Below, in pieces: positions 12,265 through 20,865 of a stretch of DNA of 64,000 nt. Position 1 is the stretch's first letter. Every line of letters begins with the position of its first letter. The DNA comes from an uncultured Chloroflexia bacterium (GTDB lineage Bacteria; Chloroflexota; Limnocylindria; Limnocylindrales; CSP1-4): contig CAVVNQ010000018.1 of the NCBI GenBank assembly GCA_963749705.1, positions 1-64,000 of the forward strand, read 5' to 3'. A program made the position numbers and the translations under genes. The notes beneath the pieces are model-generated. The model worked only from the letters and a program-made list of their open reading frames with translations. It was not told the DNA's origin and searched no databases.

Positions 12265-13548
12265 ATGGCTCGCGCATCCGACGTCTCCCAGGCACTCGCG
12301 ACGCTCCAGGCGCGCTGGGGCGCCGCAGCTCCGCGGCGAGGCGGGGAGATGGCCCTGGCGGTCGAAGGCGCGCTTGCCCGCGCGCCGATGCCGCTCGAGA
12401 CGCCGGATGACGTTCCGCTGCCGGGATCCCGGCCCGCACCGCTCGCGCCGGCCGCCAGGCCCCGGCCGGGTGTGCCGGCTGCGGACGCGGACGGGCACAT
12501 CGTCCCAACCGGGTTCGCGGCGCTGGACGCCATCCTCGGTCACGGTGGGCTCCCGCGCTCGGCCACGGTGGCACTGCGCGGCGACCCATCGTCGGGCAAG
12601 ACCACGGTCGCGCTGCGGACGGCGGCGGAGGCGCAGGCGGGCGGCGCGATCGTCGCATGGCTGGATCTCGCCCGGGCCTTCGATCCCGTGGAGGCCGTCG
12701 CGCGCGGCGTGCGACCGGAGTGGCTCGTGGTGCTCACCCCGGCAGACCTCGAGGAGGCCCTGGCGCTGGCTGCGGCACTGCTCGCGGCGCGGACCGTGGA
12801 CCTGCTCGTGGTGGACCTGCCGGATGGTCGGGATCCCGCAGGCCCCGGCCGGCCGGTGGGGGACCGGCTGGGCAGGCTCGCGGCGCTCGCCCGGCGCGCC
12901 GGCGCCACGCTCGTCGTCCTGGAGCCGGGCACCCTGGGGCAGGGGCTGTCAACCGCCGTCGAGGAGGCAAGCGGGCTCCGGCTCGAGCTGCGCCGGACGG
13001 GCTGGATCCGGCTGGGCCGGGATGTCGTGGGGCAGCGGAGCGAGGTGACCATCGCGCGCAACCGCCATGGACCGCCGGGCGGCCACGCGGACCTCGAGAT
13101 CCTGTACGCGGACGGCGGCACCCGGGATGCCTGCCTGCTCCGGGACGATCTGCTCACCGGGCTCACCGAGCCACCCGCACCGCCGGGCGCGCTGCCACCC
13201 CCGGCGGCCCCGGTCCTGGTGCCCGTGACGGCCGCCGTGCCACCGCCGTCGCTCGTCCCCGACCCGAAAGGCCCCCCTCCATCGGCTGACACCCATGCGC
13301 CTGCTCCACCTGATCTGGCCGCACCTGCCGCTCCGCCTCGCAGGGAGCCGTCTCACCCTGCCCGGGAACGCCGGCCTCTCCACCTCGTTGCCGCCCGGGC
13401 CGATCGTCCTCGGCGGACAGCCCTGGACGGACGGGACGGTGATCGACGCCGATCCGCTCGCGCGAGCGCTCGGCGTGCGCCGGGGGATCCCGCTCGGGAG
13501 CGCGCACCGGCTCGCGCCCGAGGCGACCTTCCTCGACCTCGCGCCTGA
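12265..13548 (+). CDS. imuA: RecA-like ImuA mutasome protein with Pro-rich tail
   Basis: VPTGFAALDAILGHGGLPR, Walker A GDPSSGKTT, Walker B LLVVD; first gene after the SOS box and upstream of imuB. The stop lies 254 nt inside imuB. Confidence 0.75.
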   Translation: MARASDVSQALATLQARWGAAAPRRGGEMALAVEGALARAPMPLETPDDVPLPGSRPAPLAPAARPRPGVPAADADGHIVPTGFAALDAILGHGGLPRSATVALRGDPSSGKTTVALRTAAEAQAGGAIVAWLDLARAFDPVEAVARGVRPEWLVVLTPADLEEALALAAALLAARTVDLLVVDLPDGRDPAGPGRPVGDRLGRLAALARRAGATLVVLEPGTLGQGLSTAVEEASGLRLELRRTGWIRLGRDVVGQRSEVTIARNRHGPPGGHADLEILYADGGTRDACLLRDDLLTGLTEPPAPPGALPPPAAPVLVPVTAAVPPPSLVPDPKGPPPSADTHAPAPPDLAAPAAPPRREPSHPARERRPLHLVAARADRPRRTALDGRDGDRRRSARASARRAPGDPARERAPARARGDLPRPRA

Positions 13549-14590
13549 GGCGGACCGGGACGCTGTCGAGGCCGCCTGCGAGCGGCTTGCGGCGTTCAGC
13601 CCGGGGGTCGCCGGGACCAGCGATGTCCGGGATCCGTCGTTCGGACGGCTCGTCGTCCAGGCGGACGGGCTGACCCGTCTCTGGGGAGTCGAGGAGGTGC
13701 TCGTCGCGCGGATCGACGAGGCGCTGGCGAGCGTGCTGCCGGGTCCGCCGCGAGCCGGGATCGCCGGCACGGGCTTCGCGGCCACGGTCGCCGCCGCGCA
13801 TGCGCCGGAAGGCGGACCGCCCGTCCTCGTGGCGCCCGGTGACGACCGGCGGTTCCTTGCCCCGTTCCCGGCCCGGCTCCTGACGCGAGACCTCGATGTC
13901 CGATCCCGGCTCTCCCGGTTCGGACTGCGAACGATCGGGTCCGTGGCGGAGCTGCCACGATCGGCGATCGTGGCGCGGTTCGGCGAGGAGGGCGCGCGCC
14001 TGCATGCGCGGGCGTGCGGCGAGGAGATCGAGCGGTTCCGCCCTCGGCGGACGCCGGAGCGGATGGCGCTGGGGCTGCCGCTCGATCCACCGGCAGAAGC
14101 GCTCGATGCGGTCCGCTTCGTGCTCCGCCGGCTCGCGGCGGCGCTCGCCGACCAGCTCACGGCCCGCGGGCAGGCGGCCGGGATCGCCCGGCTTGTCGCC
14201 ACCCATGACCTCGCGTTCGCTCGTCGTGGAACCCCGGCGGAGCTTCGCATCGAGCAGCGTCTCCCGGAGCCGACGGCCGATGCCGAGGCGATCGAGCGGC
14301 TGCTGTTCGCCCGGCTCGAGAAGGCCCCGCCGCCGGCTGCCGTCGCGCGCCTGGATCTCGAGCTCGCGATGGTCGAGGCAGCCGCCGGCCAGCAGCTCCC
14401 GCTGTTCACGCCCCAGGCCGCTCGCGATGCCCGGCTCGCCTGGCAGCTGGCCCGGCTCGCGATCTCGTTCGGGGCGGATCGCGTCCGGCGGGTCGAGATC
14501 ACGGATCCCGAGGCGCCGCTGGCCGAAGCGCGCTGGCGATGGATGCCGGTTGCCGGAGCATCGGTGATGGGCGACGAGGGTCAGGCGTGA
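13295..14590 (+). CDS. imuB: ImuB, Y-family polymerase-like accessory protein (probably inactive)
   Basis: ARALGVRRGIPLGSA, LSRFGLRTIGSVAELPRSAIVARFG, clamp-binding-like QLPLF. No recognisable catalytic DE motif. Confidence 0.85.
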   Translation: MRLLHLIWPHLPLRLAGSRLTLPGNAGLSTSLPPGPIVLGGQPWTDGTVIDADPLARALGVRRGIPLGSAHRLAPEATFLDLAPEADRDAVEAACERLAAFSPGVAGTSDVRDPSFGRLVVQADGLTRLWGVEEVLVARIDEALASVLPGPPRAGIAGTGFAATVAAAHAPEGGPPVLVAPGDDRRFLAPFPARLLTRDLDVRSRLSRFGLRTIGSVAELPRSAIVARFGEEGARLHARACGEEIERFRPRRTPERMALGLPLDPPAEALDAVRFVLRRLAAALADQLTARGQAAGIARLVATHDLAFARRGTPAELRIEQRLPEPTADAEAIERLLFARLEKAPPPAAVARLDLELAMVEAAAGQQLPLFTPQAARDARLAWQLARLAISFGADRVRRVEITDPEAPLAEARWRWMPVAGASVMGDEGQA

Positions 14591-14835
14591 CGCGGCTGCT
14601 GCGGGAGCATCCGGTGATCGATGCCGAGCTGGATGCGGACGGCCGGCTCGTGGCCATCAGGTGGAACGGCCGTCGAGAGCCGGTGGAGGTCTGCAACCGC
14701 TGGCGCGTGGACGAATCCTGGTGGCGAGAGCCGATCGCCCGGGACTACTTCAAGGTCGTCGGCCGAAGCTGGCTCGCGCTCGTCTATCTCGACCGGGCGG
14801 CCAGCACATGGCACCTCGAGCGCCTGTATGACTGA
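14587..14835 (+). CDS. Small DUF6504-like protein of imu cassettes
   Basis: GTGA overlap with imuB stop; WRVDESWW...RDYFKV...WHLERLYD pattern. Confidence 0.75.
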   Translation: MTRLLREHPVIDAELDADGRLVAIRWNGRREPVEVCNRWRVDESWWREPIARDYFKVVGRSWLALVYLDRAASTWHLERLYD

Positions 14836-14912
14836 CCGGGTGTGGCCACCCCGGGCCCCCAACGCGTCACGGGGGCGAGCTGATGGCTCCTGTCATCGAG
14901 CGCCTACGGCGC

Positions 14913-15020
14913 CTATCGGACGACGGGCGAGCCCAGCGCGATCGAGATGACGAGCAGCACCAGGAAGAGGCCCACGACCAGGACGAGCGCGCCCATGTCG
15001 CGCGGTCGTGCCGTCTGCAC
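14913..15020 (-). CDS. Micro-peptide with single TM helix (35 aa)
   Basis: MQTARPRDMGALVLVVGLFLVLLVISIALGSPVVR*. GGGGG SD-like sequence before GTG 15020 (alternative ATG 14996) and TATCCT upstream. Not in ORF track. Confidence 0.6.
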   Translation of the reverse strand: MQTARPRDMGALVLVVGLFLVLLVISIALGSPVVR

Positions 15021-15148
15021 AGCGGTGTTCCCCCACTACCAGGACCGGTCCCGGGCCGGTCGCCTGCGAGGATAGACTCCGCGGCCCTCGTCCGTGTGAC
15101 GTTTTGGCAGGTCTCGCGCCAGAACACCGAATGTGCTCAGGGCGGACG

Positions 15149-15247
15149 TCACCTGGGCAGGGCGGCCACCACGACAAGGACGACCAGGGCGATCAGCACG
15201 ACGGACAGGACCGCCGCCCCGGTGACGTCACGCGTCTTCAGCTCCAT
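15149..15247 (-). CDS. Micro-peptide with single TM helix (32 aa)
   Basis: MELKTRDVTGAAVLSVVLIALVVLVVVAALPR*; AGGAG and GAGG upstream of ATG; strong GC3 bias. Not in ORF track. Confidence 0.7.
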   Translation of the reverse strand: MELKTRDVTGAAVLSVVLIALVVLVVVAALPR

Positions 15248-15271
15248 GCCTCACGGACTCCTCTGCTGTCG

Positions 15272-15802
15272 TCAGCCCTCACCGCCGCCGCACCCGGCGG
15301 CGTAGAGCACGGTGATCATCGTCGACCCGCCGGCGGGCCGGAAGGTTGACTGGATCCGGCATTCCGGAAGATCGCCCTGGGAATCCAGGACCCGGCTCCC
15401 ATCCTCGAGCGGACCGGACAGGCCCATCGTGGTGTAGCCGAGCCCCTCGAGCTCATCGCGGTACCAGGTTGCGACGTCGTCCACCGACGCCGAGCTGATG
15501 AACGCGGCGCTGGCCGGCGTCGGCAAGGGTCCGGCGATCTGCGCGTCCGGATACACCGGGAACCCATCGGGCAGGGAATCAAGGATGGTTCCCCAATCCG
15601 TCTCGGTGGTCGTTGCCTGCGAGGACGCCGGCGCATTGCTGGCGGGTGCCTCGGTCGGCGACTCGGACTCGCGCGCCGCCGTCGTCGCCGCCGGGACCGT
15701 GGGTGACCCGGCGATTCCAGTGGCCGAGCTGTTGCACGCGCCGACGATGATCGCGAGGACGGCGATGGCGAAGAGGCTCAGGCGTCGTGTGGCGGATCGC
15801 AT
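15272..15802 (-). CDS. Lipoprotein of unknown function
   Basis: MRSATRR + hydrophobic stretch + lipobox IVGA-C; S/T/P/A linker; C-terminal domain with two Cys. TACGAT lies 9 nt upstream of the ATG. Confidence 0.75.
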   Translation of the reverse strand: MRSATRRLSLFAIAVLAIIVGACNSSATGIAGSPTVPAATTAARESESPTEAPASNAPASSQATTTETDWGTILDSLPDGFPVYPDAQIAGPLPTPASAAFISSASVDDVATWYRDELEGLGYTTMGLSGPLEDGSRVLDSQGDLPECRIQSTFRPAGGSTMITVLYAAGCGGGEG

Positions 15803-15834
15803 GCGGGTCCTATCGTAGCGGTACCTGACGCGAC

Positions 15835-15864
15835 GGGCCCCTGTCGCAGGTGCGACAGGGGCCC
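15835..15864. repeat. Perfect 14-bp inverted repeat (hairpin or operator)
   Basis: GGGCCCCTGTCGCA-GG-TGCGACAGGGGCCC. Confidence 0.8.
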
Positions 15865-15969
15865 TGGGCCACGAGACTGCCGCGTCCCGTGACAGGTCGA
15901 CGGTCGCCATCGCAACGTCCGTCGCCGTCGTTCGTTCCGGCGACCTCGGGTCGGCCGGAACCTGGATGT

Positions 15970-16107
15970 TCAGCGGGCTGCTTCCACGATCGCCGGGAGC
16001 AGGCCGAGGATGAGCAACGTCGCGATCGCGATCGCCAGGGCGCGCAGGACCAGCTCGAGGGCGACGCGGCGGGCTGGTCTGGGGGCTGGATTGACGGTCA
16101 CGGGCAT
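15970..16107 (-). CDS. Micro-peptide with single TM helix (45 aa)
   Basis: MPVTVNPAPRPARRVALELVLRALAIAIATLLILGLLPAIVEAAR*; divergent from dnaE2. Confidence 0.6.
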   Translation of the reverse strand: MPVTVNPAPRPARRVALELVLRALAIAIATLLILGLLPAIVEAAR

Positions 16108-16198
16108 GAGACGCGCGATCGAGGCCTTCGGTTGCGCCCGGGACCGGTCAAATCTCGAGCATCGGATGGCGTTCGCCGGGAGACACGCCCGCCGGTGG

Positions 16199-16221
16199 TG
16201 ATAGAACAGATGTTCTATCAT
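16199..16221 (+). promoter_or_regulatory. LexA (SOS) box abutting -10 of dnaE2
   Basis: TGATAGAAC-AGAT-GTTCTATCA (GAAC 16204-07, GTTC 16212-15) followed by TATCAT 16216-21; same geometry as the imuA promoter. Confidence 0.88.
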
Positions 16222-16247
16222 TGGCCTCCGCTCCCGGAGAATGTCGC

Positions 16248-19200
16248 GTGGCTCATTCCGACTACGCCGAGCTGCATTGCCATAGCCATTTCTCGTTCCT
16301 GGACGGGGCGTCTGCGCCGGACGATCTCGTGGATCGTGCCGTCGAGATGGGCCTGACGGGGCTTGCCGTCACCGACAGCCAGGGCCTGTACGGAGCGGTC
16401 CGGTTCTCCACCGCGGCGGAGGCAGCCGGACTTCACCCCGTGATCGGGATCGAGATCGAGCTGCTGGACGCGGCGGTCCCGGACCCATCGGGGATCGTCG
16501 TTCCTGCACGGCGGGCATGGAGACCGGGGCGGCGGCCACCGACCGCGCTCGCGGATCGACGGGTGGCGGATGGCCGGCCCGTTCGGCCACGGCCCGAGCG
16601 GACACGCCTCCCGGGGCATCGGGCGGTCAGGAAGGAGGATCACCGGGGCATCGGACAGGATCAGCGTGGCCCGCATCTCGTGCTGCTCGCGCGGGATGCG
16701 ACGGGCTGGCGGAGCCTGTGCCGGCTGGTGTCTCGCGCGAACCTCGCCGGTTCGAAGGCCGTTCCTTCGTTCACGCAGGCCCTCCTGGCTGACCACGCGG
16801 AGGGACTGATCGCGCTCTCCGGCTGCCGCCATGGCGAGCTGGCCAGACGGCTCCGGGCAGGGGATCGCGAAGGCGCGCGAGCGGTCGCGGAGCGATACGC
16901 GCAGCTGTTCGGTCGCGCGGGACCGCTCGTCATGCGCGGGCACTCGGCCGCCGCGAGCGGCTTCGTCGTCGAGCTGTCCCACCACCTGCTGCCCGACGAC
17001 GACTGGCTCGTCTCGGAGACGGCGCACCTGGCCGACGAGCTCGGGCTGCCGGTGGTCGTCACCAACGACGTCCACTACGCCCGGCCCGAGGGCCGAGAGC
17101 TGCACGACGTTCTGACCGCGATCCGTCACGGACGCACCCTGTCCGAGCTTCGCGACCTGCGCCGGCCGGACGGGGAGTCGTATCTGAAGTCCGCGGCGCA
17201 CCTCATGGCGTTGCCTCCCGGTGAGCCGTCGACGGCGCGGACCGACCCCGTCCTGGCGCGGGCCTGGCGCGAGGGGATTTCGGCATCGGCCGAGATCGCG
17301 GCCGGGTGCCGCGTGGATCTCGCCTTCGAGCGCTACCGCTTTCCGGGGTTCGCCGTGCCGAAGGGCGAGACGCCGTTCAGCCACCTGTCCGGGCTGTGCT
17401 GGGAGGGCGCCCGTCGCCGGTACCACCCGTTCACGCCGGCGGTGATGCGCCAGCTGGCCCACGAGCTGGATGTGATCGAGAAGACCGGCCTTGCCGAGTT
17501 CTTCCTGATCTGCTGGGACCTGATGCAGTTCGCGAGATCGCGCGGGATCCCGGCCCAGGGGCGGGGAAGCGCGGCGGATTCGATCGTGGCATACGTGCTC
17601 GGTATCACGCGCGTTGACCCCATCCGCCACGAGCTGCTGTTCGAGCGGTTCATCAACGAGGGCAGGACCGCGTACCCGGACGTGGACATCGACTTCAGCT
17701 CTGCACGACGGGAGGAGGTGATCCAGTACGTCTACGAGCGATACGGCGCCGACCACACCGGGATGGTCTGCAACCTCGTCACGTACCGGGCTCGGTCCGC
17801 CGTCCGCGAGGTGGGGTACGCCCTCGGGTTCCCGCGGCCGCTCGTGGATCGGGTCGCGAAGGCGCTCGAGACGTACGACAGCGTGATGGTCCGGCGAGAC
17901 CTGGAGGCTGAGGGCGGGTTCGCGGAGTTCTTCGCGCGACCGGGGGCGGCCGGATCGGATCTCGCGGCCGGATCGGATCTCGCGGCCGCGTCCCTGGCCG
18001 AGGCCCGCGGACTGACCGACACGATGGGCCAGCTCAACCACGAGCGTGGAGGTCGGATCCGGACGGCCGGTTCGGCCGGTTCGGCCGGTTCGGCCGGTTC
18101 GGCCACGCCCCGGCCCCCAGCCGTATGCGCACCACGTTTAGCAGGCGCCAGGTCCGTGCCCGACGGGGGTGACATGGTGGTTGCGGCCCGTGCCGGAGCG
18201 AGGGCCACGCTCGGATCGGCAGCCCCGGAACCCAGGATGAGCGCAGGGGAGAGCTCTGCGGTACTCACGGCCGACGATACGCGGCCCGGTAAGCCTGATA
18301 CGCATACGGACACGGGCGAGCTGGGGGTCGGAGACGGGCGAGCTTTGGGGTCGGAGACGGGCGGAGCTGGGGTCGGAGACGGGCGGGAGCTGGGGTCGGA
18401 CACGGGCGAGCTGGGGTCGGAGACGGGCGAGCCGCCGCCGGGCCGCGTCGAGCAGGGTTTGAGCGGCGGAAGGATCCGCACGTGGCGACCCGGCGAGGAC
18501 GAAGGAGGTCCTGGCGACTCTCCGGTGAGCGTGCGCTGGATCCATGAAGGGCCGCCGAGCCGTGCCCTGGAACGGATGCGGGATGAACGGCAACGGGTGG
18601 AGCCGATGCGGGAGGATGGCGACGCGCGGTATGGCCGGAACGACCATGACGACGATCGCGAGGTTGCCCGCCGCCTTCACCCGGACAGCGGGGTGCTCCT
18701 CCCGGCGGCGCGTCGCTTCGATCCGGTGAGCAGCGTCGCCCGCGTCGAGCCGCTGCCGTCACCGGATCCCGCACGCCACACCGGGTCGGTCGCACATCTC
18801 TCCGACTGGGAGCGCTGGCTGGAGCTGTGCGCCCGCATCGACGGCTTCCCGCGCCATCTCTCGATCCACAGCGGCGGGATGCTGATCACCGCCTCCCCGC
18901 TCATCGACATCGCACCGGTGGAGCGCGCGACCATGCCCGGCCGGGTGGTCGTCCAGTACGACAAGCGCGACGTCGAGGCGATGAAGCTGATCAAGCTCGA
19001 CCTGCTGGGCCTCGGGATGCTGGCCGCCATCGACGAGACCGTCCAGCTGATCGAGCACGACTGCGCCGTGTGCATCGACCTCGACCGGATCCCGGAGGAC
19101 ATCCCGGAGGTGTTCGCGATGCTCCAGGCCGCTGACACCGTGGGCGTGTTCCAGGTGGAGAGCCGGGCGCAGATGCAGACGCTGCCCAAGTCCCGGCCGG

Positions 19201-20783
19201 CCAGCCTGGACGACCTGGTCGTCGAGGTGGCGATCATCCGCCCCGGCCCGATCCAGGGCAATGCCGTCCACCCGTACCTGCGCCGAAAGCAGGGCCTGGA
19301 GCCGGTCACCTACCTGCATCCCAGCCTGGAGCCGATCCTCCACGACAGCCTGGGCGTGATCCTGTACCAGGAGCAGGTGATGAAGATCGCGATCGACGTC
19401 GCGGGGTTCACGCCGGCCGGCTCGGACGGGTTCCGGCGGGCGATGGGGACCTGGCGATCGACGCGCGAGATGGAGAAGCTCCACGAGCAGTTCGTCGAGG
19501 GCTGCATCAACGTCCGGGGTCTGCCACGCGACGACGCCGAGGAGCTGTTCCGGCAGTGCGCGGCGTTTGCCTCGTTCGGCTTCGCCAAGAGCCACGCCGC
19601 AGCCTTTGCCCGGACGGCCTACGAATCGAGCTTCCTCAAGCTGTTCTACCCGGCCCAGTTCGTGGTCGGGCTGATCAACGCCCAGCCGATGGGCTTCTAC
19701 CCGGTGGAGGTGCTGGTCAACGATGCGAAGCGCCACGGCGTTGCCGTGCTGCCGGTGGACGTCAACCGCAGCTCGTGGCGAACGACGACCGAGTGGGTCG
19801 GCCGGCCCGGCTGGGCGATGTCGGGATCCGAGGGCGACGACGGGTCGCACGATGCCGATGCGGGAGAGTCGCTGCCGGACGGATGCGGGATCGATGCACG
19901 ACCTGCGCCGGTGCGCTCACCCGCGTGCGTGATCCCGGGCGCGGTCTCGCGGGACCGCTGGGCGGCGGAGACGATGACCGGCTGGGGCGTCCGGCTTGGC
20001 CTGCACCTGGTCAAGGGGATCGGGGAGGAGCAGCAGCCGCGGCTGGACGCAGAGCTCGCGCGCGGGCCGTACACGAGCCTGGCCGATGTCGTGGAGCGCA
20101 CCGGGCTGTCCGAGGAGGTGATGGAGCAGCTGATCCGGGCGGGCGCGCTGGACTCGCTCGGGCGCCCGCGACGGGAGCTGCTGTGGCAGCTGCGCGAGGT
20201 CGCCGGCGTGGCGAAGGGGCGCATGGACGGACGCACCGTCCGCGGCGCGGCCGGGACGAACCGCGCCGCCGGCCGGCCGATGGGCCTCCGGCTGCCGGCG
20301 ACCGACGCCCCGCTGCTGCCCGCGATCACCGAGCCGGAGCGGCTCGGGGATGCCTACGCGGTGATCGGCCTCGATGCCCGCCGCCAGGCGGTGGGGCTGT
20401 TCCGGGACGCGCTGGACCGGCTGGGAGCGGTGACCAGCGCGGCGCTCGGCGAACGACGCCCGGGACGGGTCCGGATCGGCGGGCTGGTGGTGACCCGGCA
20501 GCACCCGATGACCGCGCGCGGGACGGTGTTCCTGGCGCTCGAGGATGAGACCGGCATGGTCAACGTCACGCTCTGGCCGGACACCTGGCAGCGGCTCAGG
20601 TCCGTGGTCCGGCGTCACGCGCTGCTCCTGGTCGACGGGGACCTCCAGCGAGAGGGCGACGTGGTCAACGTCATCGCGCGGGAGGTCGTGCCGCTCGTCG
20701 ACGTCGCGGCATCGGTGGGTGGACCGGTCTCGCCGGCCGGCGTGCGACAGCTCGGCCACGCAGGGATGCGCAGGCTCGGGTGA
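16248..20783 (+). CDS. dnaE2: Error-prone DNA polymerase III alpha DnaE2 (ImuC) with large insertions
   Basis: YAELHCHSHFSFLDGAS (PHP), GRGSAADS, PDVDID, PRHLSIHSGG, KLDLLGL, GVFQVESRAQ, FGFAKSHAAAF, C-terminal OB RQHPMTARGTVF. Confidence 0.93.
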   Translation: MAHSDYAELHCHSHFSFLDGASAPDDLVDRAVEMGLTGLAVTDSQGLYGAVRFSTAAEAAGLHPVIGIEIELLDAAVPDPSGIVVPARRAWRPGRRPPTALADRRVADGRPVRPRPERTRLPGHRAVRKEDHRGIGQDQRGPHLVLLARDATGWRSLCRLVSRANLAGSKAVPSFTQALLADHAEGLIALSGCRHGELARRLRAGDREGARAVAERYAQLFGRAGPLVMRGHSAAASGFVVELSHHLLPDDDWLVSETAHLADELGLPVVVTNDVHYARPEGRELHDVLTAIRHGRTLSELRDLRRPDGESYLKSAAHLMALPPGEPSTARTDPVLARAWREGISASAEIAAGCRVDLAFERYRFPGFAVPKGETPFSHLSGLCWEGARRRYHPFTPAVMRQLAHELDVIEKTGLAEFFLICWDLMQFARSRGIPAQGRGSAADSIVAYVLGITRVDPIRHELLFERFINEGRTAYPDVDIDFSSARREEVIQYVYERYGADHTGMVCNLVTYRARSAVREVGYALGFPRPLVDRVAKALETYDSVMVRRDLEAEGGFAEFFARPGAAGSDLAAGSDLAAASLAEARGLTDTMGQLNHERGGRIRTAGSAGSAGSAGSATPRPPAVCAPRLAGARSVPDGGDMVVAARAGARATLGSAAPEPRMSAGESSAVLTADDTRPGKPDTHTDTGELGVGDGRALGSETGGAGVGDGRELGSDTGELGSETGEPPPGRVEQGLSGGRIRTWRPGEDEGGPGDSPVSVRWIHEGPPSRALERMRDERQRVEPMREDGDARYGRNDHDDDREVARRLHPDSGVLLPAARRFDPVSSVARVEPLPSPDPARHTGSVAHLSDWERWLELCARIDGFPRHLSIHSGGMLITASPLIDIAPVERATMPGRVVVQYDKRDVEAMKLIKLDLLGLGMLAAIDETVQLIEHDCAVCIDLDRIPEDIPEVFAMLQAADTVGVFQVESRAQMQTLPKSRPASLDDLVVEVAIIRPGPIQGNAVHPYLRRKQGLEPVTYLHPSLEPILHDSLGVILYQEQVMKIAIDVAGFTPAGSDGFRRAMGTWRSTREMEKLHEQFVEGCINVRGLPRDDAEELFRQCAAFASFGFAKSHAAAFARTAYESSFLKLFYPAQFVVGLINAQPMGFYPVEVLVNDAKRHGVAVLPVDVNRSSWRTTTEWVGRPGWAMSGSEGDDGSHDADAGESLPDGCGIDARPAPVRSPACVIPGAVSRDRWAAETMTGWGVRLGLHLVKGIGEEQQPRLDAELARGPYTSLADVVERTGLSEEVMEQLIRAGALDSLGRPRRELLWQLREVAGVAKGRMDGRTVRGAAGTNRAAGRPMGLRLPATDAPLLPAITEPERLGDAYAVIGLDARRQAVGLFRDALDRLGAVTSAALGERRPGRVRIGGLVVTRQHPMTARGTVFLALEDETGMVNVTLWPDTWQRLRSVVRRHALLLVDGDLQREGDVVNVIAREVVPLVDVAASVGGPVSPAGVRQLGHAGMRRLG
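17946..17988 (+). repeat. 18-nt tandem duplication (AAGSDL x2) in dnaE2 insert
   Basis: GCGGCCGGATCGGATCTC x2 plus partial copy. Confidence 0.85.
18064..18104 (+). repeat. 9-nt tandem repeat x4 (AGS) in dnaE2 insert
   Basis: CGGCCGGTT x4 followed by CGGCC. Confidence 0.9.
18312..18432 (+). repeat. Imperfect 21-23-nt G-rich minisatellite x5.5 in dnaE2 insert
   Basis: Consensus ACGGGCGAGCTGGGGTCGGAG; units of 22, 23, 22, 23 and 21 nt plus a partial unit. Confidence 0.9.
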
Positions 20784-20865
20784 CCGGGGCCGGCGTGCCC
20801 AGATGCCGAAGGCAGCGCCGCCTGGCGACCGGTCGGCGGCCGAGGCCGCTCTGGCCGCAGACAGG

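Noticed and set aside
12265-13548. Calling the RecA-like gene recA
   Set aside because: Too divergent after Walker B, lacks recognisable RecA signature segments, and sits directly upstream of imuB, so ImuA fits better.
18312-18432. CRISPR array
   Set aside because: Repeats are contiguous without unique spacers, lie inside a CDS, and there are no cas genes.
17935-18805. Intein in dnaE2
   Set aside because: No Cys/Ser-start and His-Asn-end splice motifs or LAGLIDADG blocks; the sequence is low complexity.
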